Part shown: piece by piece, positions 9,505 to 18,238 of the stretch
Numbering within the stretch: position 1 is the first letter of the stretch
Layout: each line of letters opens with the position of its first letter
Assembly: GCA_011052015.1 (NCBI GenBank)
Contig: DRJZ01000051.1
Location: 828-64,827, forward strand
DNA from: Acidiferrobacteraceae bacterium
Lineage (GTDB): Bacteria > Pseudomonadota > Gammaproteobacteria > HyVt-429
Direction of reading: 5' to 3'
DNA length: 64,000 nt
Made by a program: the position numbers and the translations under genes
The notes under the pieces: generated by a model
Seen by the model: the letters and a program-made list of their open reading frames with translations, nothing else
Told to the model about the DNA's origin: nothing
Databases searched by the model: none

Positions 9505-9550
9505 CTATGACATGCCTTTCTCTGTGAGCTCCGTGCCTCCGCGGCAAAGA
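9505..9550. repeat. Single arm of the REP-like family (TCTCTGTGAGCTCCGTGCCTCCGCGG)
   Basis: Shares the CTCTGTG..CTCCGTGCCTC core with the arms at 49767-49924 and shorter versions at 12745-12785 and 28428-28468. Confidence 0.45.
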
Positions 9551-9637
9551 GAAGGCTGTATTCATATTTGCTCACAGCATTGGGTTAAAACCCATTAAAC
9601 CCAGTTTATTAGGGGACAAGAAAAGAGGAGGTGTTGC

Positions 9638-11305
9638 ATGTTAAATATTCAAATTAGTTTTGGTAAGGCAGCGGCGATCACGGTAGGTCTTGCCCTATTG
9701 CTTTACAAGTTATGGCTGGTCGAGGTTCATGATCTCTTCATGATAGGCAGCCCCATGGATGACCTGTTTTTTGTGCGTTCCGCCCAAGAATTGCTGGCCG
9801 GTAACTGGCTGGGCCGCTATACACAATACACGCTGATGGCCGGACCGGTCTACTCCATGTGGATCGCCCTGTGCTACCTGCTCGCAGTGCCCTTACACGT
9901 GGGCCAGCAACTGCTTTATGCCGGCGCTTCCCTGGTGACGGTTCTGGCCCTGTATCCGGTGGTGAGGCATAAGGGTTGGTTGCTGCTTGCCTTCGCCTAT
10001 CTTTTATTTAACCCCTTTACCTATGACTATTCATCGTCTGCCGGCGCCTTCCGGTTGGGGATTTACCCGGCCCTTGCGTTGCTGGTAATCGGGTGCGCCA
10101 TTGGCCTATATACGCGGGCCACGGTCCCCCGGGGCAAACCGTTGCCGTGGGCCGTGGGCCTCGGGGTGGCCTTGGCGGCGTTTTGGTATACACGCGAGGA
10201 GGGTATATGGATCGTGCCGGCGTTAGTGCTTACCGGCTTGTTTGTGGCCATACACGGCCGCACCCGCGGGCAGCGCCGCTGGACCTGTATTTTAGGCTTG
10301 CTCGCGGTGCCTCTGCTGATCTGGACGGGTTCATTCCTTGCGCTTGGGTATATGAATTGGAAGCACTACGGCATCTTCACCGACCTCGAGATCAAGAGCA
10401 CCGAATTCAAGTCAGCCTATAGCGCCTTGATCAGTGTGCGCAGCAATAAACACCAACGGTACTACCTGTTGGAGGCTCCGGTGAGTACCGCTCTAATCAA
10501 GGTGAGCCCTGCGTTCCGGGAGATCAAGCTTTATGTTGGTAAACTTCCTGCCTCGGTTTTTATCTGGTCCCTGCGCGATGCGGTGCAGGCAGCCGGGTAT
10601 TATGACCATGCCGGAAACGATGATCGAAAAAATGGACCGAAGACATTGGATTTTTATAAAAGGTTGGGCGATGAGATTCACCGGGCATGCGATACGGGGC
10701 AATTGACCTGTGATCGGTTGCTGTCATCGTTTGTCCCCGCGTGGACCGAGGAGTATAACCGTGAAATCTTTCCTACCCTTTACGATGTCACCAGAAAGTT
10801 ATTGACATTTGATGGCTTCGATCCGCGCATGCTCGCGAAATGGGTCAGCAGTGATCCCTATGACACATCTTGGTTGTTTACCTATATCACCGGCGAGCGG
10901 TTGCGTACCACCGATCCGGCTGTGCTCAGCAAAGTGCCCGAGGCGCACAGAGAATTTGAGGACATGAAGACTCATCGCCTCCTGCGCATCGGCCGCGACT
11001 ACTACCAGAATCTATTGCCATGGTTGTTTTGGCCCAGCGTAGTCGTGATATTGTTGGTTGCCCTCGTGGAGGCGATCAAAAGAAGAATGTCGCAAGTGAC
11101 AGTGGCTGCATTGATCGTGTTAGCGGCCCTCGTGTCGCATATCACGATTATCTCGCTGGTCGCGATGATGTCGACATTCGCACAGCGCTATTTGTTCGCT
11201 TCCTATCCTTTTGTCATTCTGGTCGTAATCCTGAGTGCGATTATGGTAGTACGCGTTATCACCACTTTGCGCGGCGGTATTGATGACATGGGCAATAGGA
11301 CATGA
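9638..11305 (+). CDS. GT-C fold glycosyltransferase-like polytopic membrane protein (ArnT/PMT-like)
   Basis: N-terminal TM followed by a DD/E motif in the first loop (PMDDLFFVRSAQELLAGNWLG), multiple TM helices, periplasmic domain, two C-terminal TM helices. Confidence 0.4.
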   Translation: MLNIQISFGKAAAITVGLALLLYKLWLVEVHDLFMIGSPMDDLFFVRSAQELLAGNWLGRYTQYTLMAGPVYSMWIALCYLLAVPLHVGQQLLYAGASLVTVLALYPVVRHKGWLLLAFAYLLFNPFTYDYSSSAGAFRLGIYPALALLVIGCAIGLYTRATVPRGKPLPWAVGLGVALAAFWYTREEGIWIVPALVLTGLFVAIHGRTRGQRRWTCILGLLAVPLLIWTGSFLALGYMNWKHYGIFTDLEIKSTEFKSAYSALISVRSNKHQRYYLLEAPVSTALIKVSPAFREIKLYVGKLPASVFIWSLRDAVQAAGYYDHAGNDDRKNGPKTLDFYKRLGDEIHRACDTGQLTCDRLLSSFVPAWTEEYNREIFPTLYDVTRKLLTFDGFDPRMLAKWVSSDPYDTSWLFTYITGERLRTTDPAVLSKVPEAHREFEDMKTHRLLRIGRDYYQNLLPWLFWPSVVVILLVALVEAIKRRMSQVTVAALIVLAALVSHITIISLVAMMSTFAQRYLFASYPFVILVVILSAIMVVRVITTLRGGIDDMGNRT

Positions 11306-11889
11306 TGTCGGTATAGCGGGTTTAACACACAGAGCCGTCCGGCAAGTATTACACGCAACAACGGGTTACGCACCAGTGTCGGGATTGCAATGCAGGGCAA
11401 TGGCGACACAATGTTGCAATTGCGCACGCTCGTCCATACACAAAAGTTTGTTTATGCCTGGACGCGAATGGTGCAACAGGTCTATGGATATCCGGATATG
11501 CGATGGATTTGCTGTAGTGCGGGATATCCTACAGCGTACCGTGCACAGCTACCTGCCCCTACTGAATTATACCGATCGGCAGGCGACCGGTATTCGGTGC
11601 CTCAGCCTGTCCCGTTGCATCGGTAGGGTGATCAATCCTGCAGAGGACCGTTTTAGGGAGAACGATCCGGTCACCATGCGACTCCCGCTCTATGCAGCAG
11701 AGCACGAAAACGAACTATGGACGTGTTTCTTTAAGGGAAGGCTCAGTGGGGTAAAAAGAATCATCAATTAACAAAAGTGCCCATATGTCTATTACTCATG
11801 GAATAAAACTACCCCCCTATAACGTCTACTAAAGTGATTTGAAGAAACCTCACTTTCAGAAACCTCTAGGAGATAAACCCGTGACCAAG

Positions 11890-12351
11890 ATGAAACGCAG
11901 AGCATTTCTCAAGGGCAGCATGGCTGGGAGTGTGCTCGCCATAGCGGTCGGCGCCGGGCTACTGCGCCCTACCCAAGTCATGGCCAGCCAATGGCCGGAT
12001 AAGGCCTTTAAAGCACGCAACCTCGCCGATGCGGTCAACAGTCTATATGGCAGTTCAGACGTTGCGGACAGCAAAGCTATCAAGATTCGTGCGCCTTTAC
12101 AGGCAGAAAATGGCGCCAAGGTGCCAATTCAGATCCTCACCGATCTACCAGCAGAATCTATTGCCGTCTTTGTTAAGGAAAACGCCATGCCCTTGGCAGG
12201 GCGCGCCAATCTGCGCAATGCCAGTGGTTTTTTTAGTACCCGTATCAAGATGGGTAAGAGTTCCGATGTGGTCGCTGTGATCAAATCAAAAGGCAAGCTC
12301 CACTCAACCAAGCTGGCGATTAAAGTCACTGTAGGTGGTTGCGGCGGCTAA
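11890..12351 (+). CDS. soxY: SoxY sulfur-carrier protein, copy 1
   Basis: Tat-like signal MKRRAFLKG; C-terminal GGCGG swinging-arm motif; ORF track starts at 11839 but ATG 11890 (MKRRAFLKG) is the likely start. Confidence 0.85.
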   Translation: MKRRAFLKGSMAGSVLAIAVGAGLLRPTQVMASQWPDKAFKARNLADAVNSLYGSSDVADSKAIKIRAPLQAENGAKVPIQILTDLPAESIAVFVKENAMPLAGRANLRNASGFFSTRIKMGKSSDVVAVIKSKGKLHSTKLAIKVTVGGCGG

Positions 12352-12388
12352 CCCATTTCGATATTGATATTTAAAGAGGAATATAATC

Positions 12389-12706
12389 ATGGCAAGAAAG
12401 ACTAAAGTACGCACCCGCATGCAAGACGGCAAAGTCGAAGTATTGATTCTGATCACCCACCCCATGGAGACCGGCCTTCGCTCTGATAAAAAAACCAAAC
12501 AAAAGATCCCGGCCCACTTCATTCAAACCCTGGATGTCATCCTGAATGGAGAACCGGTGGCCAACGCCGAACTGGGGATAGGCATCTCTACCAACCCATT
12601 ACTGGGTTTCCGTCTCAATTCGGCGAAAACCGGTGATAAACTACAAATTAAATGGAAGGATAACAAGGGGGAGAGTGGAACCATCAACAGCAAAGTCGAT
12701 CTCTGA
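12389..12706 (+). CDS. soxZ: SoxZ, copy 1
   Basis: 105 aa, immediately downstream of soxY; about 50% identical to SoxZ copy 2 (ITHPMETGLRSDKKTKQKIPAHFIQ..., GESGTIN). Confidence 0.85.
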   Translation: MARKTKVRTRMQDGKVEVLILITHPMETGLRSDKKTKQKIPAHFIQTLDVILNGEPVANAELGIGISTNPLLGFRLNSAKTGDKLQIKWKDNKGESGTINSKVDL

Positions 12707-12830
12707 TCAAAACCTTTATTGATGTGTTACTACTCTGTATCCCCGTGTCCTCTGTGGTGAAAAATTGTGCACGGAGCACCCTGATTCCTTGGTGGCTTGA
12801 AGACGACGGTGTCCAAGGAGCAATAAGCAC

Positions 12831-13208
12831 TTACTCGTTTTCGGTCAATCGCTCGTAGTGGGATTGAAACAATATCTCCAAGTCATTGATCACCTCCATA
12901 GCCGCCCGTCCTTCCATGACATGCTGGGATACCAGGGCGGTTGATTCGTTCATAAGCTCGGTGGCGTCTATCATTGGATAGGTGATGGTAAGGCGTTGAA
13001 TGGCCTTTACCACGGTTTCTTCCCCCGGCCGTGGAATCGATAGCGGCTCCTTCACCCCAGAGTCTCTATGCACCCCACCCTCTTGAGCGTGCAAAAACTC
13101 GGCAAAATCCAGCAGGCTAGTCCGTTTGGCGTCCGTCAAACCCTGAAAGATTGCTGCCAATCGGTGACTTGGGTTCCCGCTCATCACTCTTCTTGATGTC
13201 GACATCAC
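12831..13208 (-). CDS. Hypothetical small protein, translationally abutting the LysR gene
   Basis: 125-aa ORF starting 3 nt after the LysR stop; no recognisable motif. Confidence 0.35.
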   Translation of the reverse strand: MMSTSRRVMSGNPSHRLAAIFQGLTDAKRTSLLDFAEFLHAQEGGVHRDSGVKEPLSIPRPGEETVVKAIQRLTITYPMIDATELMNESTALVSQHVMEGRAAMEVINDLEILFQSHYERLTENE

Positions 13209-13210
13209 CG

Positions 13211-14134
13211 CTAACTTGATCCCTCATCAACACCGGTCTTTTGTTTTTCACAGTGGTCGTGGGCAAAACCCATGAACTCTTCCATGGCCCGCAGACGAAA
13301 TTTTTGGCGCTGATAGACCAGGGCAAAGGGCCTGACCAACGGAGGATCGAGCTTGACCGTTGCCAATGTCCCCAGACTGATTTCCTTGCCCAAGGTGGCC
13401 TCGGAAATAATCGAAATACCGAGACCCGCTTCCACCGCACTCTTTACCGACTCTGGGCTACCAAACTCCATGGCCACATTTATCTGACTTAGGCTGATAC
13501 CATTTTGCTCGAGGTAATTTACGATAAAATCGCGCGTACCTGAACCCTCTTCCCGGCATATAAATGGATAACCAGTCAAGTCTGCCGCGCCAATCGAGAT
13601 CTGGCCCGCCAGTTCGTGACCATTGGGACAGATCAGCACTAAATTGTCGTGCCAACAGACCTCCACAACCAGATTCTTGTTGCTCACCGGTGATTCGACG
13701 ATCCCTATGTCAACCTCATTATTTTCCACCATGTGGACAATGCCTATAGAATTGGATACCCTGACGCGGATCTTGACCTCTGGAAATTGCTTCTGAAATT
13801 CTCCTAACAGAGCGGGTATCACATATTCTGCGATCGTGGTGCTGGCCCCTATCAGCAACAGACCCATAATATCGCCAGTCAGCCGCCGTACCTCATTTTC
13901 CATTTCGTTGTACAACGCGATAATACGGTCGGCATATTGGTAGACCTGCTCACCGGCATCGGTCAGGTTAATCTTGTTGTGGGTACGATCAAACAGGCGG
14001 GTATTGAAGTATTCTTCCAACTGCCGGATCTGAAATGTAACCGCCGGCTGGGTCATGTGCAAAGAATCCGCCGCCTTAGTAAAACTCAGCAAGCGGGCGA
14101 CGGTATAAAAAACCTGTAGGCGGCGATCAGCCAT
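13211..14134 (-). CDS. LysR-family transcriptional regulator
   Basis: N-terminal wHTH (LQVFYTVARLLSFTKAADSLHMTQPAVTFQIRQLEEYFNTRLFDR) and LysR substrate-binding domain. Confidence 0.85.
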   Translation of the reverse strand: MADRRLQVFYTVARLLSFTKAADSLHMTQPAVTFQIRQLEEYFNTRLFDRTHNKINLTDAGEQVYQYADRIIALYNEMENEVRRLTGDIMGLLLIGASTTIAEYVIPALLGEFQKQFPEVKIRVRVSNSIGIVHMVENNEVDIGIVESPVSNKNLVVEVCWHDNLVLICPNGHELAGQISIGAADLTGYPFICREEGSGTRDFIVNYLEQNGISLSQINVAMEFGSPESVKSAVEAGLGISIISEATLGKEISLGTLATVKLDPPLVRPFALVYQRQKFRLRAMEEFMGFAHDHCEKQKTGVDEGSS

Positions 14135-14334
14135 GAAATATCACCCCGATGGAAAGGTCATGAGTTTTGCTTATCGGGATGCCAAATACAAGAAAAAAAA
14201 GCGGTCGGGCCTATTTTTTTGCTCTTCAGGATATTGTGGATCCTTCATTAAAGAATAATGGACCTCGCAAAGACATCAAGCCCGCAAAGTCAGAGGTTCC
14301 TTACATTCTTTGCCTCTTTTCTCTACAACTAAAA

Positions 14335-15453
14335 CTAAAACCCGTCCAGCTTCAAGCGTAGATCCGTTGGACTACTGGCATGGTCGAGGGCCACCTCTTC
14401 GCTGATTTCACCCTGGCGGCACAACGTAAAAAGGCTCTCATCGAAGGACAACATGCCCTCTCCCAAACTGCCCTTTTTGATCATATCGTTGATTTCCTTG
14501 CCTTTGAGGGGATCCAGGATGAGTTCACGAATCAAGGCAGACACGGTCATCACCTCCGTGGCCACAACCCGTCCTTCGCCGCTGTGACGGGGCAATAGAC
14601 GCTGGGCCACGACAGCATACAAGTTTTGTGCAATTTTGGAGCGTATGGTGGGCTGTGCCGCTGCTGGAAACACCGAGATCATACGAGTGATTGTCTCTGC
14701 CGCTGCCGGTGCGTGCAGGGTGGTGAAAACCAGGTGGCCCGTTTCGGCTGCGGTGAGCGCAATCTCCATGGTTTCATAATCGCGCATCTCACCCAGCAAT
14801 ATGACATCCGGGTCCTCGCGCAAGGTGGCGCGCATGGCGCCGGCAAAATTATTGGCGTCCACTCCAATTTCACGTTGCGAGATAATGGAGCGTCGTTCTG
14901 TAAACAAAAATTCAACGGGATCTTCGATGGTCAGTATGTGCTTGGCGTATTTGTCATTAATCTCATTAATCAACGACGCCAGAGAAGTAGATTTACCCGA
15001 CCCCGTGGCGCCAGTGAAAATGACCAAACCCCGCTCCAGATCCACAAGACGGTTTACAATATCGGGTAACTTCAGCTCATCGGGTTTTGGAACCTCGGTG
15101 TTGATGACCCGCAAAGCCATAGCAATAGAACCGCGTTGGTAATACACATTAACCCGGACCCGGCCAATGCCCTTCAAACCAATAGACAGGTCCACCTGGT
15201 AGTCTTCCTGAAACTGATCCCAGTGACTAGGCGCCATAATGGTCTGGGCCAACTCTTCCATGAAGGTCAAACTCAACATGGGATACTCATTAACCGGCCG
15301 CAATACTCCATCGACCCGGAGAATGGGAGGCGCCTTGGTCCGCAGATGAATATCCGACGCCTTCTCACGGTTGGCGTGATCCAGAATCGCACTGAGGAAT
15401 CGCAGCGGGTTGCCTAATTGGGCGGCGGCCTGCGGGTTACTTGCTTCAGCCAT
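14335..15453 (-). CDS. pilU: PilT/PilU-family type IV pilus retraction ATPase (PilU-like)
   Basis: Walker A GATGSGKST, ILTIEDPVEF, Asp box, LGEMRD, His box TGHLVFTTLHA; C-terminal DLRLKLDGF resembles PilU. Confidence 0.8.
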   Translation of the reverse strand: MAEASNPQAAAQLGNPLRFLSAILDHANREKASDIHLRTKAPPILRVDGVLRPVNEYPMLSLTFMEELAQTIMAPSHWDQFQEDYQVDLSIGLKGIGRVRVNVYYQRGSIAMALRVINTEVPKPDELKLPDIVNRLVDLERGLVIFTGATGSGKSTSLASLINEINDKYAKHILTIEDPVEFLFTERRSIISQREIGVDANNFAGAMRATLREDPDVILLGEMRDYETMEIALTAAETGHLVFTTLHAPAAAETITRMISVFPAAAQPTIRSKIAQNLYAVVAQRLLPRHSGEGRVVATEVMTVSALIRELILDPLKGKEINDMIKKGSLGEGMLSFDESLFTLCRQGEISEEVALDHASSPTDLRLKLDGF

Positions 15454-15614
15454 GTCCTATCCTTTATTGCTCTGAGCTCAGCCTGGATACTACCCCATAG
15501 CATTGCTGAATTCAGATAAAAGACCGCAGTTCAAAATATTCGCGTCTGGAAAGGCGCTCCTCCAAGGGGGAAAAATACCCTGGCCCCTACAGAAGCGAGC
15601 TCACGATCAAACTA

Positions 15615-15732
15615 AAGAAATTCTGATCAATTGAACTTGAACCGCCAAGATGCCAAGAATTTTCTTTATAAAAACCAACAATCTATTAGCTTGGCGACCT
15701 TGGCGGTTTGAGCGCATTAATCAGAGGTTCCC
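15615..15732 (+). mobile_element. MITE-like element copy 1 (imperfect 17-bp TIRs, TA target duplication, internal CGCCAAG repeats)
   Basis: TA|AAGAAATTCTGATCAAT...ATTAATCAGAGGTTCCC|TA; near-identical copies at 25352-25476 and 52660-52800. Confidence 0.6.
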
Positions 15733-15740
15733 TATAAATA

Positions 15741-15764
15741 AAAAGGGGCGCATGCGCCCCTTTG
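15741..15764. terminator. Bidirectional rho-independent terminator (GGGGCGCATGCGCCCC palindrome flanked by A/T runs)
   Basis: Perfect 16-bp palindrome 15745-15760 with AAAA upstream and TTT downstream, in the convergent gap below the 15788-16345 gene. Confidence 0.6.
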
Positions 15765-15787
15765 AATTGTAGTGTGCAGACTTTCAA

Positions 15788-16330
15788 TTACGGACAGGCC
15801 GTCGTCTCGCTCGGCACCTTACCCACCAGCAACAAGAAGTTCTCGAACGGGCCCATGTTCTTCATGGCCTCCCACATTGGACCCTCGAAACCCAAACGCC
15901 CGAACATCATGGCCTTCATGGGGCCGTAATCACCGTTACCCATTTGAACCCAGCGCTGGGTCTTGGCATACATTACATAGTCAACACCGGTGTCAAGTTC
16001 CTTGTGTTGTACTGCTCCGCCGTAGGTGCACAGGGCTTTGCCGTCTTTCTGGGAAATGCTGACTTCCACCCGTGGGCTTTTTTCGCAATCGGAACGATAA
16101 AAATGGATAATCTTGTAACCCCGTCCCTTGTCATTACCTGCCCAACCGGACTTGGCCAACTCGTCGGTTAATACCGGGTCACCATTCCAGGCCTCACAGG
16201 CCGCAGTGGCCCATTCTGCCGACATCATCAGGGGACCCGCCTGGGCGGCGGGGACCCCCACCAACAGCAACCCAAGTCCCAGACCGACAGGCCACTGCCG
16301 GGTGGCACGCAACATTAAATTAAATCGCAT
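15788..16330 (-). CDS. Periplasmic SCP2-like (sterol-carrier/lipid-binding fold) protein
   Basis: Signal peptide MRFNLMLRATRQWPVGLGLGLLLVGVPAAQA; C-terminal SCP2 signature (YGPMKAMMFGRLGFEGPMWEAMKNMGPF). Confidence 0.5.
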   Translation of the reverse strand: MRFNLMLRATRQWPVGLGLGLLLVGVPAAQAGPLMMSAEWATAACEAWNGDPVLTDELAKSGWAGNDKGRGYKIIHFYRSDCEKSPRVEVSISQKDGKALCTYGGAVQHKELDTGVDYVMYAKTQRWVQMGNGDYGPMKAMMFGRLGFEGPMWEAMKNMGPFENFLLLVGKVPSETTACP

Positions 16331-16421
16331 TATGAAATCCTCCATCTTGATTTAAGCCCCGCACGCGTTGCCCAGGACTGTTTATTGTATGAGTATATTC
16401 TTCAACACTTAAATAGCCGGA

Positions 16422-16451
16422 GAAAAAAAGGGCCATGGTTTCCCATGGCCC
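16422..16451 (-). terminator. Rho-independent terminator downstream of the FadL-family gene
   Basis: GGGCCATGG-TTTC-CCATGGCCC perfect 9-bp stem followed by a T-run on the minus strand. Confidence 0.55.
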
Positions 16452-16485
16452 TGAATTTTAAGCTAGCTGTTAAGCAGTGCCCACC

Positions 16486-17778
16486 CTAAAAATTAAGGCC
16501 CACTGAAAAAGCATACTGCTTCATCTTGATCTCAATGGTCTCAGCCGGGTTCAACATACTGGGTCCGGAAACCGAGTTGCTGGGAGCATACATAACGGCC
16601 ACATTGAGCTGCTTACCATGACTCAAGTCTTTGCCGAAACCAAAGGTAAAGTGGTTTTCCACCACCCCAGGGGCCAGGATATTGAGGGTCACTTCAGACG
16701 GACTGATAGGCTGACTGCCGGTAGCAAAACCCGCACGCCAGGTCCAACCACCATTGGTCTTCCTCTGGTAACCGATCTTGAAAGCGGTCATATCATCCCA
16801 CCCAAAACCGGCACTGGCGCTGCCGCCAAGACAATTGGCCATCACACCCGCCATGCAGCCGGAGGTCAATACGCCACCGGGGTTACCCACTGCGTCTACA
16901 TCAGAGTACCAGATCTGCTGAATGTCAAAGGTTACCGCAGATTTGCTATCGGGTTTGAAAGCCAGACCGATAGTGGCGGTAGCGGGAATATCGAATTCAC
17001 CACCCTTAGGGAACAGACCCGCATACTTGTCCATCTTATTGCTAATCTTGGTCTGATAGGACGCGCCAAAACTAAGCTGCGAGTTCACCTTAGCCAGGAT
17101 ACCGATCTTGCCACCAAAACCCCAAGTGCTGTCTACACCGTTGTTGGATAGCTTGGTAGGCGCTACCGAAAACCCACCGAAGGCCGCCAGACCATCCGCC
17201 TTAAACCGGGAGTGGTTGATGATGCCGGTAATACCGATCGACACCGTGTCACTCACCTTACGGGCATAGGTGGTATTGATAAACAATTGCTTGTAATCAA
17301 TGCCGGCATTGGGGTCGCCTGCCCCAGCACCACCGAAGGTGCCAGCACCAAATGTGGTATCGGCATCGGTGTATTCTGAGTTCATACCACCATTACCGAA
17401 CACGGTAACACCAATAGAGCTATTTTTGTCCAGCATCTTGTTATAGGCAAAGTTCGGGATCAAAAAGACCTCGTTATCACTCTGCACCGGTCCGCCGACA
17501 AAGGGTGGAAAGCTGCCATTGGTGCCGGTAATGGTGTATTCACGAATGGGGTGAAACGACGTAATTCCAACAACGGTACTATTCCCCACCATAACCATAC
17601 CCGCAGGGTTGATGGCGCCGGTCATGGCATCCTGGGGCAAGGCCACACCAGCACCGCCCATGCTGCTCTGGATGGCTCCATAGCCGTGCGAAAAATAGCC
17701 CAGTGTCGCGTTGCTGACGGGTGATGTAAAACCCAGTGCGGCAGCCACAGCGAAAGCGAGTGTTGTTTTCTTGTTCAT
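16486..17778 (-). CDS. FadL/TodX/OmpP1-family outer-membrane channel for hydrophobic compounds
   Basis: Signal peptide; N-terminal GYFSHGYGAIQSSMGGAGVALPQDAMTGAINPAGM hatch motif; beta-barrel pattern with C-terminal Phe. Confidence 0.65.
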   Translation of the reverse strand: MNKKTTLAFAVAAALGFTSPVSNATLGYFSHGYGAIQSSMGGAGVALPQDAMTGAINPAGMVMVGNSTVVGITSFHPIREYTITGTNGSFPPFVGGPVQSDNEVFLIPNFAYNKMLDKNSSIGVTVFGNGGMNSEYTDADTTFGAGTFGGAGAGDPNAGIDYKQLFINTTYARKVSDTVSIGITGIINHSRFKADGLAAFGGFSVAPTKLSNNGVDSTWGFGGKIGILAKVNSQLSFGASYQTKISNKMDKYAGLFPKGGEFDIPATATIGLAFKPDSKSAVTFDIQQIWYSDVDAVGNPGGVLTSGCMAGVMANCLGGSASAGFGWDDMTAFKIGYQRKTNGGWTWRAGFATGSQPISPSEVTLNILAPGVVENHFTFGFGKDLSHGKQLNVAVMYAPSNSVSGPSMLNPAETIEIKMKQYAFSVGLNF

Positions 17779-18171
17779 TGCAAGACTCCTCCTCGGTAGA
17801 AACGGTCATAAGGGTGTCGCCACCCATTGGTAAGGGTCAGTCAAAAAACGATGGCCCAAGCTAAATACCTAAAATTTGCAACCGAATAACATTAAAACCA
17901 CCTCCTGCCCAATCTATAGGCTGATCGGATCAGCAGGGTCGAAAGAAATAATGGACCCATAATATAGGCGTGTCAATATATAATTGTATACTAACATAAG
18001 GATTTTTTGTTCTGGATTGTCGATGTCCCCAGGCTGGATTGGCTGCCTGAATCACTGCCAAGATCACTTCGCTTATGGCCACCCCAGACCATCCCCTGTT
18101 ATCACCCAAAAATGTAGATCAGGATAAGGGAAAAAGACAGTTACTTTAAAGAAAACGAAAGTTAGCTAAGC

Positions 18172-18206
18172 ACAAAAAAGGGCGCTGTTTCCACAGCGCC
18201 CTTTTT
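18172..18206. terminator. Bidirectional rho-independent terminator (GGGCGCTG-TTTCCA-CAGCGCCC) downstream of the DsrE-like gene
   Basis: 8-bp perfect stem flanked by A-run and T-run. Confidence 0.55.
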
Positions 18207-18238
18207 CATCCCTGGCAAACCCAGGCCTTCGATTTACA

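Noticed and set aside
9365-9565. 66-aa ORF (and its look-alike 49746-49982) beginning MN.AFS.P.RHG.HRE
   Set aside because: Both read across copies of the REP-like repeat; the shared N-terminus is a repeat artefact and neither is a gene.
14289-14304. AGTCAGAGGTTCCTTA resembling the MITE right terminus
   Set aside because: Only a 10-nt exact core match (CAGAGGTTCC) without the rest of an element; plausibly chance in 64 kb.
16618-17151. 177-aa + strand ORF
   Set aside because: Antisense to the FadL-family gene.
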